Assembly (NCBI GenBank): GCA_051313645.2
Contig: JBNRSN020000001.1
Span: 582,738,001 to 582,802,000, forward strand
Reading direction: 5' to 3'
Length of the DNA stretch: 64,000 nucleotides
Source of the DNA: Centroscyllium fabricii
Taxonomy: Eukaryota
Every line of letters starts with the position of its first letter. The first letter of the stretch is position 1. Of this stretch, positions 25,045 through 37,600 are shown piece after piece. Below the pieces are notes generated by a model that saw nothing but the letters and a program-made list of their open reading frames with translations, made no database searches and was not told where the DNA came from. Both the position numbers and the translations under genes were made by a program.

Positions 25045-26070
25045 CATGCTGGGCTGGTATTCCACGAGTAGCAATGTCCCTCTGGCACCTGGTCACCACG
25101 GCTAGTCCTTCCACCTGAGCCTCAGTAGTGCGCATCAGCAGTCTGTTTGTCGTGGCCACAGCTGGGCACAGTCCTGTCGACCGTGCCATCCATATGTGCA
25201 CTGGAGGAAACAGCGCACAGCGTTGCGACCATTGGCTGGGACGATTGGCGGGATGCACGATTGAAGTTCCAACGCATGCTTCCAGCGGGCAAAATTCTCA
25301 AGTCCCCAGATGGACAATCGCCACTCATAACCGTGGTTGCCAATGTTCTCGCTAATTTTTTGGCGCCGCACGGCACTGTTAATGGGCTATTCAAAATACT
25401 GCGCATGAGCGGTTTTTACATTGAAAATTCGGATGCGCGGGTTTCCTGGACCCTTGCCCAGCTTAAAGGGAATGTTGGTGGTTATCTGCCCCGGATTGCT
25501 GTTCAGCAAACAACAACTTGTATTTATATTGCGCCTTTTTTATTTAATAAAATGTCCCAAGGTGCTTCACAGGAGCGTTATCGGACAAAATTTGACACCG
25601 AGCCACGTAAGGAGATATTGGGACAAAATCTTGGTCAAAGAGGTAGGTTTTAAAGAGCATCTTAAAGGAGAGAGTGAGGTCGAGAGGCGGAGAGGTTTAG
25701 GGAGGGAATTCCAGAGTTTAGGACCCTAGACAGCTGAAGGCATGGCCGCCAATGGCGGAGCGATTAAAATTGGGGATGTGCAGGAGGCCAGAATTGGAGG
25801 AGCGTGGAGATCTTGGAGGGTTGTAGGGCTGGAGGAGATTAAAAAGATAGGGATGGGCGAGGCCATGGAGGGATTTGAAAACAAGGATGAGGATTTTAAA
25901 ACCCTGCTTTAAAGTGCACGTATGGCTGGCACGGTCGACAGGACTGAACCTGGTTGTGGTCACGACGAATAGATTGCTGATACTCACTACTGAGGCTCAA
26001 GTAGAAGGACTGGCCATGATGGCAAGGTACTGGAGGGACAATGCTACTCGTGGGATACTAGCCCAGCATG
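25045..26070. repeat. About 158-bp imperfect inverted repeat (25045-25202 / 25913-26070) enclosing about 710 bp including an L2 fragment (25505-25905, -)
   Basis: catgctgggctggtattccacgagtagca...gtgcact versus agtgcac...tgctactcgtgggatactagcccagcatg. Minus ORF in the spacer ILILVFKSLHGLAHPYL. Confidence 0.8.
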
Positions 26071-26226
26071 AATCACCACCTTCGGCACAAGGGAAATTAG
26101 AAGGAGCAGGACAAGACATGGCAACAAAAAGAACAACTAATAAAGCTAAAATCAACAATGCTGATGGAACTAATTGTCAGCAAATTGGTTAAAAATATCT
26201 CTTTTTTTATCCCTGTATCATTGCAG

Positions 26227-26391
26227 TTGATGGGCAATGGAAGGAGTGGAGTCCTTGGACAGATTGCTCAGTGACGTGCTCCAATGGGACACAGCAGCGA
26301 ACCCGACAGTGTACTGCTGCTGCACACGGCGGTTCAGAGTGCAGAGGGCACTGGGCTGAAAGCAGAGAATGCTTTAATTCCGACTGTACAG
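26227..26391 (+). CDS. ADGRB3: ADGRB3 exon encoding TSR3 ([55 protein letters not shown])
   Basis: ttgcag| acceptor, ACAG|gtatgt donor, 165 bp, phase 1-1. Matches recalled BAI3 TSR3. The next (TSR4) exon is not seen in the remaining 37.6 kb. Confidence 0.95.
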
Positions 26392-26651
26392 GTATGTCAG
26401 TCCCCTGTAGAACCAGAATTCCTGCCAAAGTGTGAGAAATCAACAAGTGGGGTTGTTTTTTTTTTGGGGGGGGGGGGGGGGTCGTGTTTCTGAAGAACAA
26501 AGAAAAACAGAGCAAAGGAGAACTTCACTGTGAGATTGCGGTATAGATTTCTGTGCATGCATTGTATGTTAGAAATGAGACCGGCAGTAAACTGAGGCAA
26601 ACGTAGATGTACCATCTGTGGTGCTGAAATATATTGTGTAATTACATACTT

Positions 26652-26670
26652 GTCCAGCAGAGGGAGACCA
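26652..26670 (+). promoter_or_regulatory. Candidate CTCF-binding motif
   Basis: gtCCAGCAGAGGGAGacca matches the CCASYAGRKGGCRS core except C>A near its 3' end. Motif only. Confidence 0.4.
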
Positions 26671-27084
26671 GTTCTGAATCTAATATCAACAACAACAGAA
26701 AAGAACGGAGGTCAACGACAACATATAGGCTGTCAGGAAAGAGAAACACTTCCTGAAGCAAAATCATGAACACCAGAACTTATTACCATTTTTATCATTA
26801 CCCTTCACCCAGCACACAGGAAATCTGCCCACATTGATCTTGTAAACAGAAAGATTTGCCTGCTATTTCATTTCAACTCCCTACCCATACACACACTGTC
26901 AATCCAAAACAAAATTGTTCATACAGCAGAATAGTTTTTAGATTGAATATTATCGGACAGAGTTTGAGCTCATCAGGTTTAACTTTTTTAAATTCCAGCA
27001 GAAATCCAGTAGAGGAGCTCCTGGGGATAACACACGGACAGCGAGAGTGATAATGCATCTAACGAGAATAGCATATTGATGTGA

Positions 27085-30000
27085 TACACATCAGGGACAC
27101 ATGGGCACCTCTGTCTACACTGCTCGGAGAACTGGGGCACATCAGTCGATACACCTGGGAGACATGGGACACATCAGTCGAAACAACTGGGAGATGTGGG
27201 GCACATTAGCCTAAACACCTGGGAGACATGGGGCACATCAATCTCCACACCTGGGAGACTGGACACATCAGTCTACACACCTGGGAGACGTGGGCCACAT
27301 CAGTCTACACTCACCTGGGAGACATGGGGCACATCGGCTTAAACACCTGGGAGATATGGGGCCCATCAGACTACATACCTGGGAGACGGACACATCTGTC
27401 TACACACCCGGGAGACATGAGGCACATCAGTCTACACACCTGGAAGACAGGGGAACATCAGTCTACACACCTCGGAAACATGGAACACATCAGCCTAAAC
27501 ACATCGGAAACATGGGGCATATCTGTCTACACACCTTGGAGACATGGGGCCTATCAGTCTACACACACCTGGGAGATATGGGCACATCTGTCTACACACC
27601 TGGGAGATGTGGACACATCAGTCTACACAGCTGGGACATGGGCACATCTGTCTACATACCTGGGAGACAAGGGGCACATCTGTCCACACACACCTAGGAG
27701 ACATGGGACACATCAGCCTACACACATGGGAGACATGGGGCACATCAGTCTAAAAACCTGGGAGACATGGGGCACATCTTCCCACACACCTGTAAAACAG
27801 GGACACATCTGTCTACACACCTGGAAGGCATGGGCACATCTGTCTACCCACTTGGGAGACATGTGTCACATCTGTCTACACACCTGGGATATGGGGCATG
27901 ACTGTTCACACACCTGGGAGGCAGGGGCACATCTGTCTACACAGCTGGGAGACAGGGGCACATCAGTACACAGCTGGGCAACAGGGGCAGATCAGTGTAC
28001 ATTATGGGGAGATGGGCACATCTGTCGACACACCTGGGAGACATGAGGCACATCAGTCTACACACCTGGGAGACAGGGGCACATCAGTCTACACAACTGG
28101 GAGACGGGCACATCTGCCTACACACCTGGGAGAGAGGGGCACATCAACCTGCACAGCTGGTAGATGGGAACATCAGTCTACACACCTGGAAGACAAGGGA
28201 ACATCAGTCTACACACTTTGGAGACATGGGGCCCATCAGACAACACACACCAGGGAGATGGACACATCTGTCTACACACCTGGGAGACATGAGGCACATC
28301 AGTCTACACACCTGGGAGACAGAGGAACATCAGTCTACACACACCAGGGAGACATGGGGCACATCAGTCTACACACCTTGGACACAGGGGCACATTAGTC
28401 TACATACCTGGGAGATTGGCACATCTGTCTACACACCTGGGAGACATGAGGCACATCAGTCTACACCTCTGGCACATGGAACAGCTGTCTACACACCTGG
28501 GAGACATGGGACACATCAGCCTCAATACATTGGAAACATGGGACACAACTGTCTGCACACCTTGGAGACATGACGCCCATCAATCTACACACACCTGGGA
28601 AACAGGGGCACATCTGTCTAAACACCTGGGAGACATGGAGCACATCATTCTACACACTTGGGAGACATGGGCACATCAGTCTAGACATCTGGGCGACATG
28701 GGACACATCAGTCTATACTCACCTGGGAGACATGGGACACATCAGCCTAAACACATCAGAAACATGGGGCACATCAGCCTAAACACCTGGGAGACATGGT
28801 ACACATCAGTCTAAACACATCGGAAATATGGGGTACATCTGTCTGCACACCTTGGAGACATGGGGCCCATCAGTATACACACACCTGGGAGACAGGGGCA
28901 CTCAGTCTACACACTTGGGAGACATGGGCACATGAGTCTACACAGCTGGAACACGGGCACATCAGTCTACACAGCTGGGGCATGGGCACACCTGTCCACA
29001 TACACCTAGGAGACATGGGACACATCAGCATACACACATGGGAGACATGGGGCCCATCAGTCTACACACACCTTGGGCACAGGGGCACATTGGTCTACAC
29101 ACACCTGGGAGATGGGGCACATCTGTCTACACACCTGAGAGACATGGGGCACATCAGTTTACACACTTGGGAGACATGGACACATCAGTCTACACAGCTG
29201 GGACACGGGCACATCAGTCTACACAGCTGGGGCATGAGCACACCTGTCCACATACACCTAGGAAACATGGGACACATCATCATACACACATGGGAGACAT
29301 GGGCACATCAGTCTAAAAACCTAGGAAACGTGGCACATCAGTCTACACACATGGGAGACAGGGGCACATCTGTCTACACACCTTGGAGACATGTGTCACA
29401 TCTGTCTACCCACCTGGGGGACATGTGTTACATCTGTCTACACACCTTGGAGACACGGGCACATCTGTCTACCCACCTGGGAAACATGTGTCACATCTGT
29501 CTACACACCTGGGAGACGGGGCACAACAGTCTACACACCCAGGAAACACGCATATCTGTACAAACCTGAGAGATATGGGGCACATCTGTTCACACCTGGG
29601 AGACGGGCACATTTGTCTACACACCTGGACGAAATGGGGCAGAACAGTCTACTCACATGGGGGACAGGGGCACATCTGTCTATACAACTGGGAGACATGA
29701 GGCACATCAGCCTACACACCTGGGAGACATGAGGCACCTCAGTCTACACACCTGGGAGACAGGGGCGCATCAGTCAACACACCTGAGAGACATGAGGCAC
29801 ATCATTCTACACACCTGCAAGACAGGGGCACATCAGCCTACGGACCTGGGAGACAGGGGTACATCTGGCTATACACCTGCTAGAAGGGCACATCAGTCTA
29901 CACTGCTGGGAGACATGGACACATCCATGTACACAGCTGGGAGACAGGGGCAGATCAGTCTACATTTTGCGGAGATGGGCACAACTGTCTACACACCTGG

Positions 30001-32475
30001 GAGACATGAGGCACATCCGTCTACACACCTGGGAGGCAGAGGCACACCAGTCTGCACAACTGGGAGGTGGGCACATCTGCCTACACACCTGGGAGAGAGC
30101 AGCTCATCAGCCTGCACACCTGGCAGATGGGAACATCAGTCTACACACCTGGGACACAGGGCACATCTCTCTACTCACGTGGGAGACATGGTGCACATTT
30201 GCCTGCTCACGTGGGAGACATGGGGAATATCTGTCTACACACCTGGGAGACCAGGCCAGATCTGGCTGCGCCCCAGGGTTACATGGGGCACATCTCTCTA
30301 CTCACATGGGAGACATTGGGCACATTTGTCTACACACCTGGGAGGCAGGGGCACATCTGTCTACACAGCTGGGAGAGAGGAGTACATCAGTCTACACACC
30401 TGGGAGGCATGGGCACATCATTCTACACACCTGGGAGACAATGGCACATCTGCCTACACACCTGGGAGACCTGGGAGACATCAGTCTACACAACTGGGAG
30501 ACTTGGGGCACATCAGTCTAGACAGCTGGGAGCCATGGGGCACATCTGTCTACAAACCTGGGAGACAGGGCCACATCGGTCTAGACACCTGGGAGACAGG
30601 GGAACATTGGTCAACACATCACACATCTGGGATATATGGGGCACATCAGCCTACACACCTGGGAGACATGGGGCATACATGTTGACACACCTGGGAGACA
30701 TGAGGCAAATTTTTCTACACATCTGGGAGATAGGAGTGCATCAGCCTACACACCTGGGAGACGGGGCACATCAGTCTACACACCTGGGAGACGGGGGCAC
30801 ATCTGTCTACCCACTTGGGAGACATGTGTCACATCTGTCTACACACCTGGGAGACGGGGGCACATCTGTCTACACACCTGGGAAACATGCACATCTGTAC
30901 CAACCTGAGAGATATGGGTAACACTCACACCTGGGAGACAGGGGGTACATTTGTCTACACACCGGGAAGAAATGGGGCACAACAGTCTACTCACATAGGG
31001 GACAGGGGCACGTCTGTCTACACACCTGGGAGACAGGGGCACATCAGTCAACACATCACACATCTGGGATATATGGGGCACATCAGCCTACACACCTGGG
31101 AGACATGGGACTTACCTGTTGACACACCTGGGAGACATGGGGCACATCAGCCTACACAACTGGGAGACATGAGGCAAATTTATCTACACACCTGAGAGAC
31201 ATAGAGCTCATCTGTCTACTCACCTGTGAGACATGGGAACATCAGTCTACCCACCTGGGAGACGTGGGGAATATCAGTCTACACACCTGGGAGGCCGGAC
31301 CAGATCTGGCTACATACCTGGGTTACATGGGGCACATCTCTCTACTCACGTGGGAGACATTGGGCACATTTGTCTACACAACTGGGAGGCAGAGGCACAT
31401 CTGTCAACACACCTGGGAGACAGGGGCACATCAGTCTACATACTACGGAGACAATGCACACATTGGTCTACACAGCTGGGAGACAGGAGCACATCTGTCT
31501 ACACACCTGGGAGGCATGGGCACATCATTCTACACACTTGGGAGACAAGGGTACATCTGCCTACACACCTAAAAGACCTGAGACACATCAGTCTGCACAA
31601 CTGGGAGACTTGGGGCACATCACTCTACACATCTGCGAGCCACGGGACACATCTGTCTACACATCTGGGAGAGAGGGGCACATTGGCCTCGACACCTGGG
31701 AGACATAGGGAAAATCAGTCAACACACGTATATATGGGGCATATCAGCCTACACATCTGGGAGACATGGGCACATCTGTCTCCACCCCTGGGAGACAAAA
31801 TCACATCAGTCTACACACATGGGAGACAGGAGCATATTTGTCTACTCACCTGGGAGACAGGGTCACATCTGTCTACACACCTGGGAGACTGGCACATCTG
31901 TCTACACAACTGGGAGTCAGGCACATCAGTCTAGACACCTGGGATACATGGGCACTTCAATCAACACATGTGGGAGATGTGTTTCACATCTGTCTACATA
32001 TCTGGGAGACAGTGGCACATCAGTCTACACATCTGGGAGAAGGGGGCACATCCATCTACATACCTGGGAGACGCCCACATTAGCCTACACACCTGGGAAA
32101 CAGGGGCACATCTGTCTAATCCCCTGGGAGTGAGTGGCACATCAGTCTACACACCTGGGAGACAAGGGTACATTTGCCTACACACCTGGGAGACAGGGGC
32201 ACATCTGACTACACACCTGGGAGACGTGAGGCGCATCTGTCTACACCCCTGGGAGACCGGGGCGCATCAGTCTGCACACATGGGAGACAGGGGCACATTT
32301 GTCTACTCACCTGGGAGACAGGGGCACATCTGTCTACACTCCTGGAAGACATGGGGCACATCTGTCTACCCATCTAGGAGACATGGAGCACATCAGTCTG
32401 CACAACTGGGAGACACGGGGCACATCTTTCAAAGAACCTGTGAGACATGGGGAATATCAGTCTACACACTGGGGT
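27085..32475 (+). repeat. 29-32 bp degenerate tandem minisatellite, block 1
   Basis: Continuous head-to-tail units GGGCACATC[A/T]GTCTACACACCTGGGAGACA(T)G. Confidence 0.97.
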
Positions 32476-34435
32476 GATGCACAGCAAAATATAGAAGAAA
32501 AAACAAGTCCGCCTGGAAGGCATAGAAAATATGTAAAGACACAAGGGAGTAGGGCATGGCTGGATGGTACTTTATTTATTTTAATGCAAGAAGTCTTGCA
32601 AATAAGGTTGATGAATTGAAGGTGTTGATGAACACATGGGAGTATGATATTGTTGCTAACACAGAGACATGGTTGGGGAGGGGCAGGACTGGCAGCTCAA
32701 TATTCCGGGGTATAGAATCTTCAGGCGAGACGGGGGTGGGGGGGGGGGGGGTTAAAAGAGGAGGGGGTGTCGCAATATTAATAAAGGAGTTAATTACTGC
32801 TGTAAAAAGGGATGATATATTAACAGGTTCATCAAATTAAGCCATATAGGTAGAACTTTAAAAAAAAATGGGACAAGCACCTTGCTGGGAGTGTATTATA
32901 GGCCTCCAAACAGTCAGGGGGAGATAGAGGAACAGATATGGAGACAAATCTCAGAGAAGTGTGTAAATAATAGGGTAATAATAGTAGGAGATTTCAACTT
33001 CCCCAATATTAACCTGGATAGTCAGAGTGTGAAAGGCTTAGAGGGTGCAGAATTCTTAAAGTGCATCCAGGAGAGCTTTTTGAGCCAGCATGTAGAAAGT
33101 CCAACAAGGGAGGGGGCGGTACTGGACCTAATTCTGGGGAATGTGGCCGGGCAAGTGGTAGAAGTGTTAGTAGGAAAGCACTTTGGTGACAGTGACCATA
33201 ATTTGGTGAGATTTAAGGTAGTCATGGAAAAGGACAAAGATGGACCGGAAATTTCTAAATTGGGGGAAGGCCGATTTTAATGGGCCAGGAATTAGCCCTG
33301 GAGCCTTCGTGCGAGTGCAGTGCTCCTATTTGCACTTACCCAGCACTTTTTCCGTTTTGAATTTTTGCACTGTGACCTTCCGAGTTGTACAGCTTGTCAG
33401 AGCTCTGTGCGAGCTGCTTGTGCAAATGAACGGCGCAATTAGTTCGAAATCTCCCACGAGATCACGTGATCGGCAGGGAGCCAATCAATGGAAGCAATCC
33501 TCCATTAAAAACTTACACGGAGAAATCTGTCTAACTTTTGAAAAGAGAGATCTTCCAAAACACATCTAAACTCAAAAATAAAATTTTTAAATCACCACAT
33601 TTTTTTAAACAGTACTCCAACTAACAAATTACCTATTTTAAAGAAAAAATAAAAATTTAGAATTTTTTTTTACACTCTTTAACAGGCCTAAAAGAATAAT
33701 TACCTGTATTTAAAGTTAACAAAAATTATAAACCTGAAAGAACAACACTTAAAATCAATAAAATAAAGACTTACCTGCTAAAAACGGGTGCTTACGACTG
33801 CTATTTTCAAGCGTAGAATCTTCACTACTTACCCCGATGAAAATCTTTTTTTATAAAAACGGAAATTCACTGCGCACCTCCTGGTGCGCAGGTTCGTGCG
33901 ATAATCATCGCAGCAGCTCAACCCCCCACGCTGGCCGCCTTCGGAATGTCATGGAGCAACTGCAAACGGCTGCTTCATGCGATCTGGAGCTCGGATGCGC
34001 TTGCACCCGAGCTGCAAATCATAAATAGCGATCGGAAATACTGGCCCAATATGATAAGGCGGAATCTGGTCAAAGTGGACTGGGATCAGCTTCTTGTAGG
34101 AAAATCCACATCAGAGCAGTGGGTCTTTCAGAAAGGAAATTGAGAGAGTACAATGGCAACATGTTCCCATAAAGGTCAAGGGTGGGACCAACAAGCCCAG
34201 GGAATCCTGGATGTCAAGTGATATACGAGAATGGATTAAGAAAAAAAGGGAGGCTTTTGGCAGATACAAAGGACTGAAGACAGAAGAAGCCCTAGAGGAG
34301 TATAAAAAGTGCAGGGGGGTACTTAAAAAAGAAATAAGGAGAGCGAGAAGGGGCCATGAAATAACACTGGCGAGCAAAATAAAGGAAAATCCTAAGGTGT
34401 TTTATTAGTATATTAAGGGCAAAAGGATAACTAGG
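32476..34435 (+). mobile_element. CR1 LINE ORF2 endonuclease-region fragment (lacks RT and 3' end)
   Basis: YFNARSLANKVDEL, ETWL, GVYYRPP, VGDFNFP, LDLIL, SDHN APE motifs with frameshifts and stops. Confidence 0.9.
33282..34047 (+). mobile_element. Non-autonomous DNA transposon copy D, nested in CR1
   Basis: gggccagg...ctggccc ends with a 3-bp AAT duplication. Removal restores gccgattttAAT|atgataagg in the LINE. Confidence 0.85.
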
Positions 34436-34616
34436 GAACTTAGCGCCTGAATATTGGCCGTTTTCACCCCTGCAATGCTTGATTTAGCGCAGCAATCTGC
34501 AAGGCTGACGCTAAAGCGAATATCGGGAGATTGGGTGCTAATTTGCGCCCGGCGCTAATTTTAGCGCTGCTCCCAGAGCAGCGCCCCAAACCGTGCGCTG
34601 ACCAATTTAGCCCCCT
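34436..34616. mobile_element. Fragment of another GC-rich MITE-like element
   Basis: Repeated ttagcgc/gcgcta motifs ending accaatttagccccc, unrelated to the LINE or the satellite. Confidence 0.4.
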
Positions 34617-34619
34617 GTG

Positions 34620-37600
34620 AATCTGCACCAGGGAGACCGGGCCAGTCTACCCACCTGGGAGATACGGGCACATCAGCCTACACTCCTGGGAGGCAGGGAC
34701 ACATCAGTCTAGACACCTGGGAGACAGAGGCACATCAGTCAACACATGTTTGAGACATGGGGCACATCTGTCTACCCACCTGGGAGATACGGGCACATCA
34801 GTCAACACATGTTTGAGACATGGGGCACATCTGTCTATACATCTGGGAGACATGGGGCACATCAGTCAACACATGTTTGAGACATGGGGCACATCAGTCT
34901 ACACAGCTGGGAGACAGGGGCACATCTGTCTATACTCCTGGGAGAGAGGGGCCCATCAGCCTATATGTTTAGGAGACAGGTGCACATCAGTCAACACACC
35001 TGGGAGAAGGGCACATCAGTCTACGCACCTTGGAGACATGGGGAACATCAGCATGCACACCTGGGAGACAGGGGCACATTAGTCTACACACCTGGAAGAA
35101 GGGCATATCAGTCTACATGGCTGGGACACAGGGGCACATCAGTCCACACACCTGGGAGACATTAGGCACTCTGACCACACATCTGGGAGACAGGGGCATG
35201 TCTGTCCACACAACTTGAAGATGGGCACATCTCTATAGAAACCAGGGAGACTTGGGACACATCAGCCCACACACCTGGGAGATAGGGGCACATCTGTCTG
35301 CACACATGAGAGACATGGGCACATATGTCTACACTACTGGGAGATGGGGACACATCTGCCTATACAGGTAGGAGACAGGGGCACACCTGTCTGAACACTA
35401 GAGTTATGTGGCACATCTGCCTGCATACCTAAGAGATGCGGTGCACATCTGTTCACACACCTGGGAGAGAGGGGCATATCTGTCTACTCACCTGGTAAAC
35501 AGGTGCACATCTGTATACACACCTGGGAGACATGAGACACATCAGTCTACACACCTGGGAGAGAGGGGTACATCAGTCTACACAGCTGGGATCCAGGAGC
35601 ACATCTGTCTACACACCTGGGAGACTGCAGCACATCTGTCTACACACCACGGAGACATGGGGCACATTAGCCTACACACCTGGGAGACAGGGGCACATCA
35701 GTCTACACATCTGGGAGATGGGCACATCAGACTACACAGCTGGGAGACAGGAGCACATCTGTCTACATACCTGGGAGACAAGGGGCACGTCAACCTACAC
35801 ACCTGGGACATTTTTGTCCACACTGCTGGGAGACAGAGGCACATCAGTCTACACACTTGGTAGACACGGGGCGCATCTTCCCACACACCTGGGAGACAGG
35901 GTCAAATCTGTCTACACAGATAGAAGATGATGGCACATCTGTCTAAACACCTTGGAGACAGGGTCACATCAGTCTGAACAACTGGGAGATGTGGGGCACA
36001 TCAGCCTAAACACCTGGGAGACAGGAGCACATCTGTCTACACCTTAGAGACATGGGGCACATCAGTCTACATACCTGGGAAACAGGGGCACATATGTCAA
36101 CACACCTGGGAGATGTGAGGTACATTAGTCTACACACCTGTGAGACAGGGGCACATCAGTCTACATACCTGAGAGAGAGGGGCACATCTGTCTACACACC
36201 TGGGAGACATGAGGCATATCAGTCTACACACTTGGGAGAAAGGGGCACATCTGCCTACACACCTGGGAGACATGAGGCACATCAGTCTACACACCTGCAA
36301 GACAGGAGCACATCAGCCTACATATCTGGGAGAGATTGGTGCACCTGTCTCCACACCGTGGAGACACGGGCACATCAGTCTACACACCTGGGAGAAGGGC
36401 ACATCAGTCTAAACAGCTGGGCGACAGGGACAAATCAGTCTACATAGCTGGAGGAGGGGGCACATCTGTATACAAACTGGGGAGACAAGGCCACATAAGC
36501 CTACACACATGGGAGACAGGTGCACATCTGTCTACACACCTGAGAGACAGTGGTACATCATTCTAAACAACTGGGAGACATGGGGCACATCAGCATAAAC
36601 ACCTGGGCGACAGGGGCACATCTATCCACATGTCTGAGAGAAATGGGGCACATCTGTCTGCAGAACTGGGAGACATGGGGCACATTAGTCTACACACCTG
36701 CGAGACATGGGTTATATCTACCTGTACAACTTGGAGACAATGGGGAACATCATTCTACGCACTTGGGAGGCATTGGCACATCAGTCTACACATCTGGGAG
36801 ACAGGGTTCATCTGTCTACTCACCTCGGAGACAGGGGCACATCTGACTACATACATGAAAGGCATGGGGCACATCAATCTATACATCTGGGAAACAGGTG
36901 CAAATCTGTCTACACAGCTGGGAGACAGGGGCATAACTGTTTACACACCAGGGAGACATGGGCACATCTGTCTATACAACTGGTAGTCAGGGGTACATCA
37001 GGCTAGATACCTGGGAGATATGAGGCACTTCAGTCGGCACACCTGGGAGAAAGGGGCACATCTGTCTAAACACCTGGGAGATATGATGCACATCAGTCTG
37101 CAAACATGCAAGAAAGAGGCACATCAGTTTACACATCTGGGAGAGAGGGGCGCACGGGTCTACACGCGGGGCATATCAGCATACACATCTGGGAGACATG
37201 GGCACATACCTCCACACATCTGAGAGATATGGGGCACATATGTTCACACAACAGGGAGACATGGGCACATCTGTCTACACAACTGGGAGTCAGGGGCACA
37301 TCATCCTAGCTACCTGAGAAACAGGGCATATCAGTCTACACACCCGGGAGAAATGTAGCACATCAGCCTACACACCTGGGAGACATGTGGCATATCTGTC
37401 CACACACCTGGGAGACAATGGGGGACATCATTCTACACACTTGGGAGACAGGGGCACATTCAGTCTACATACCTGGGAAACGGGCACATCTGTCTACACA
37501 CCTGGGAGATATGAGGCACGTCAGTCTACAGACCTAGGAGACATGGGTCACATCTGCCTACACATCTGGGAGCCAGGGGCTCATCAATCTACACAACTGG

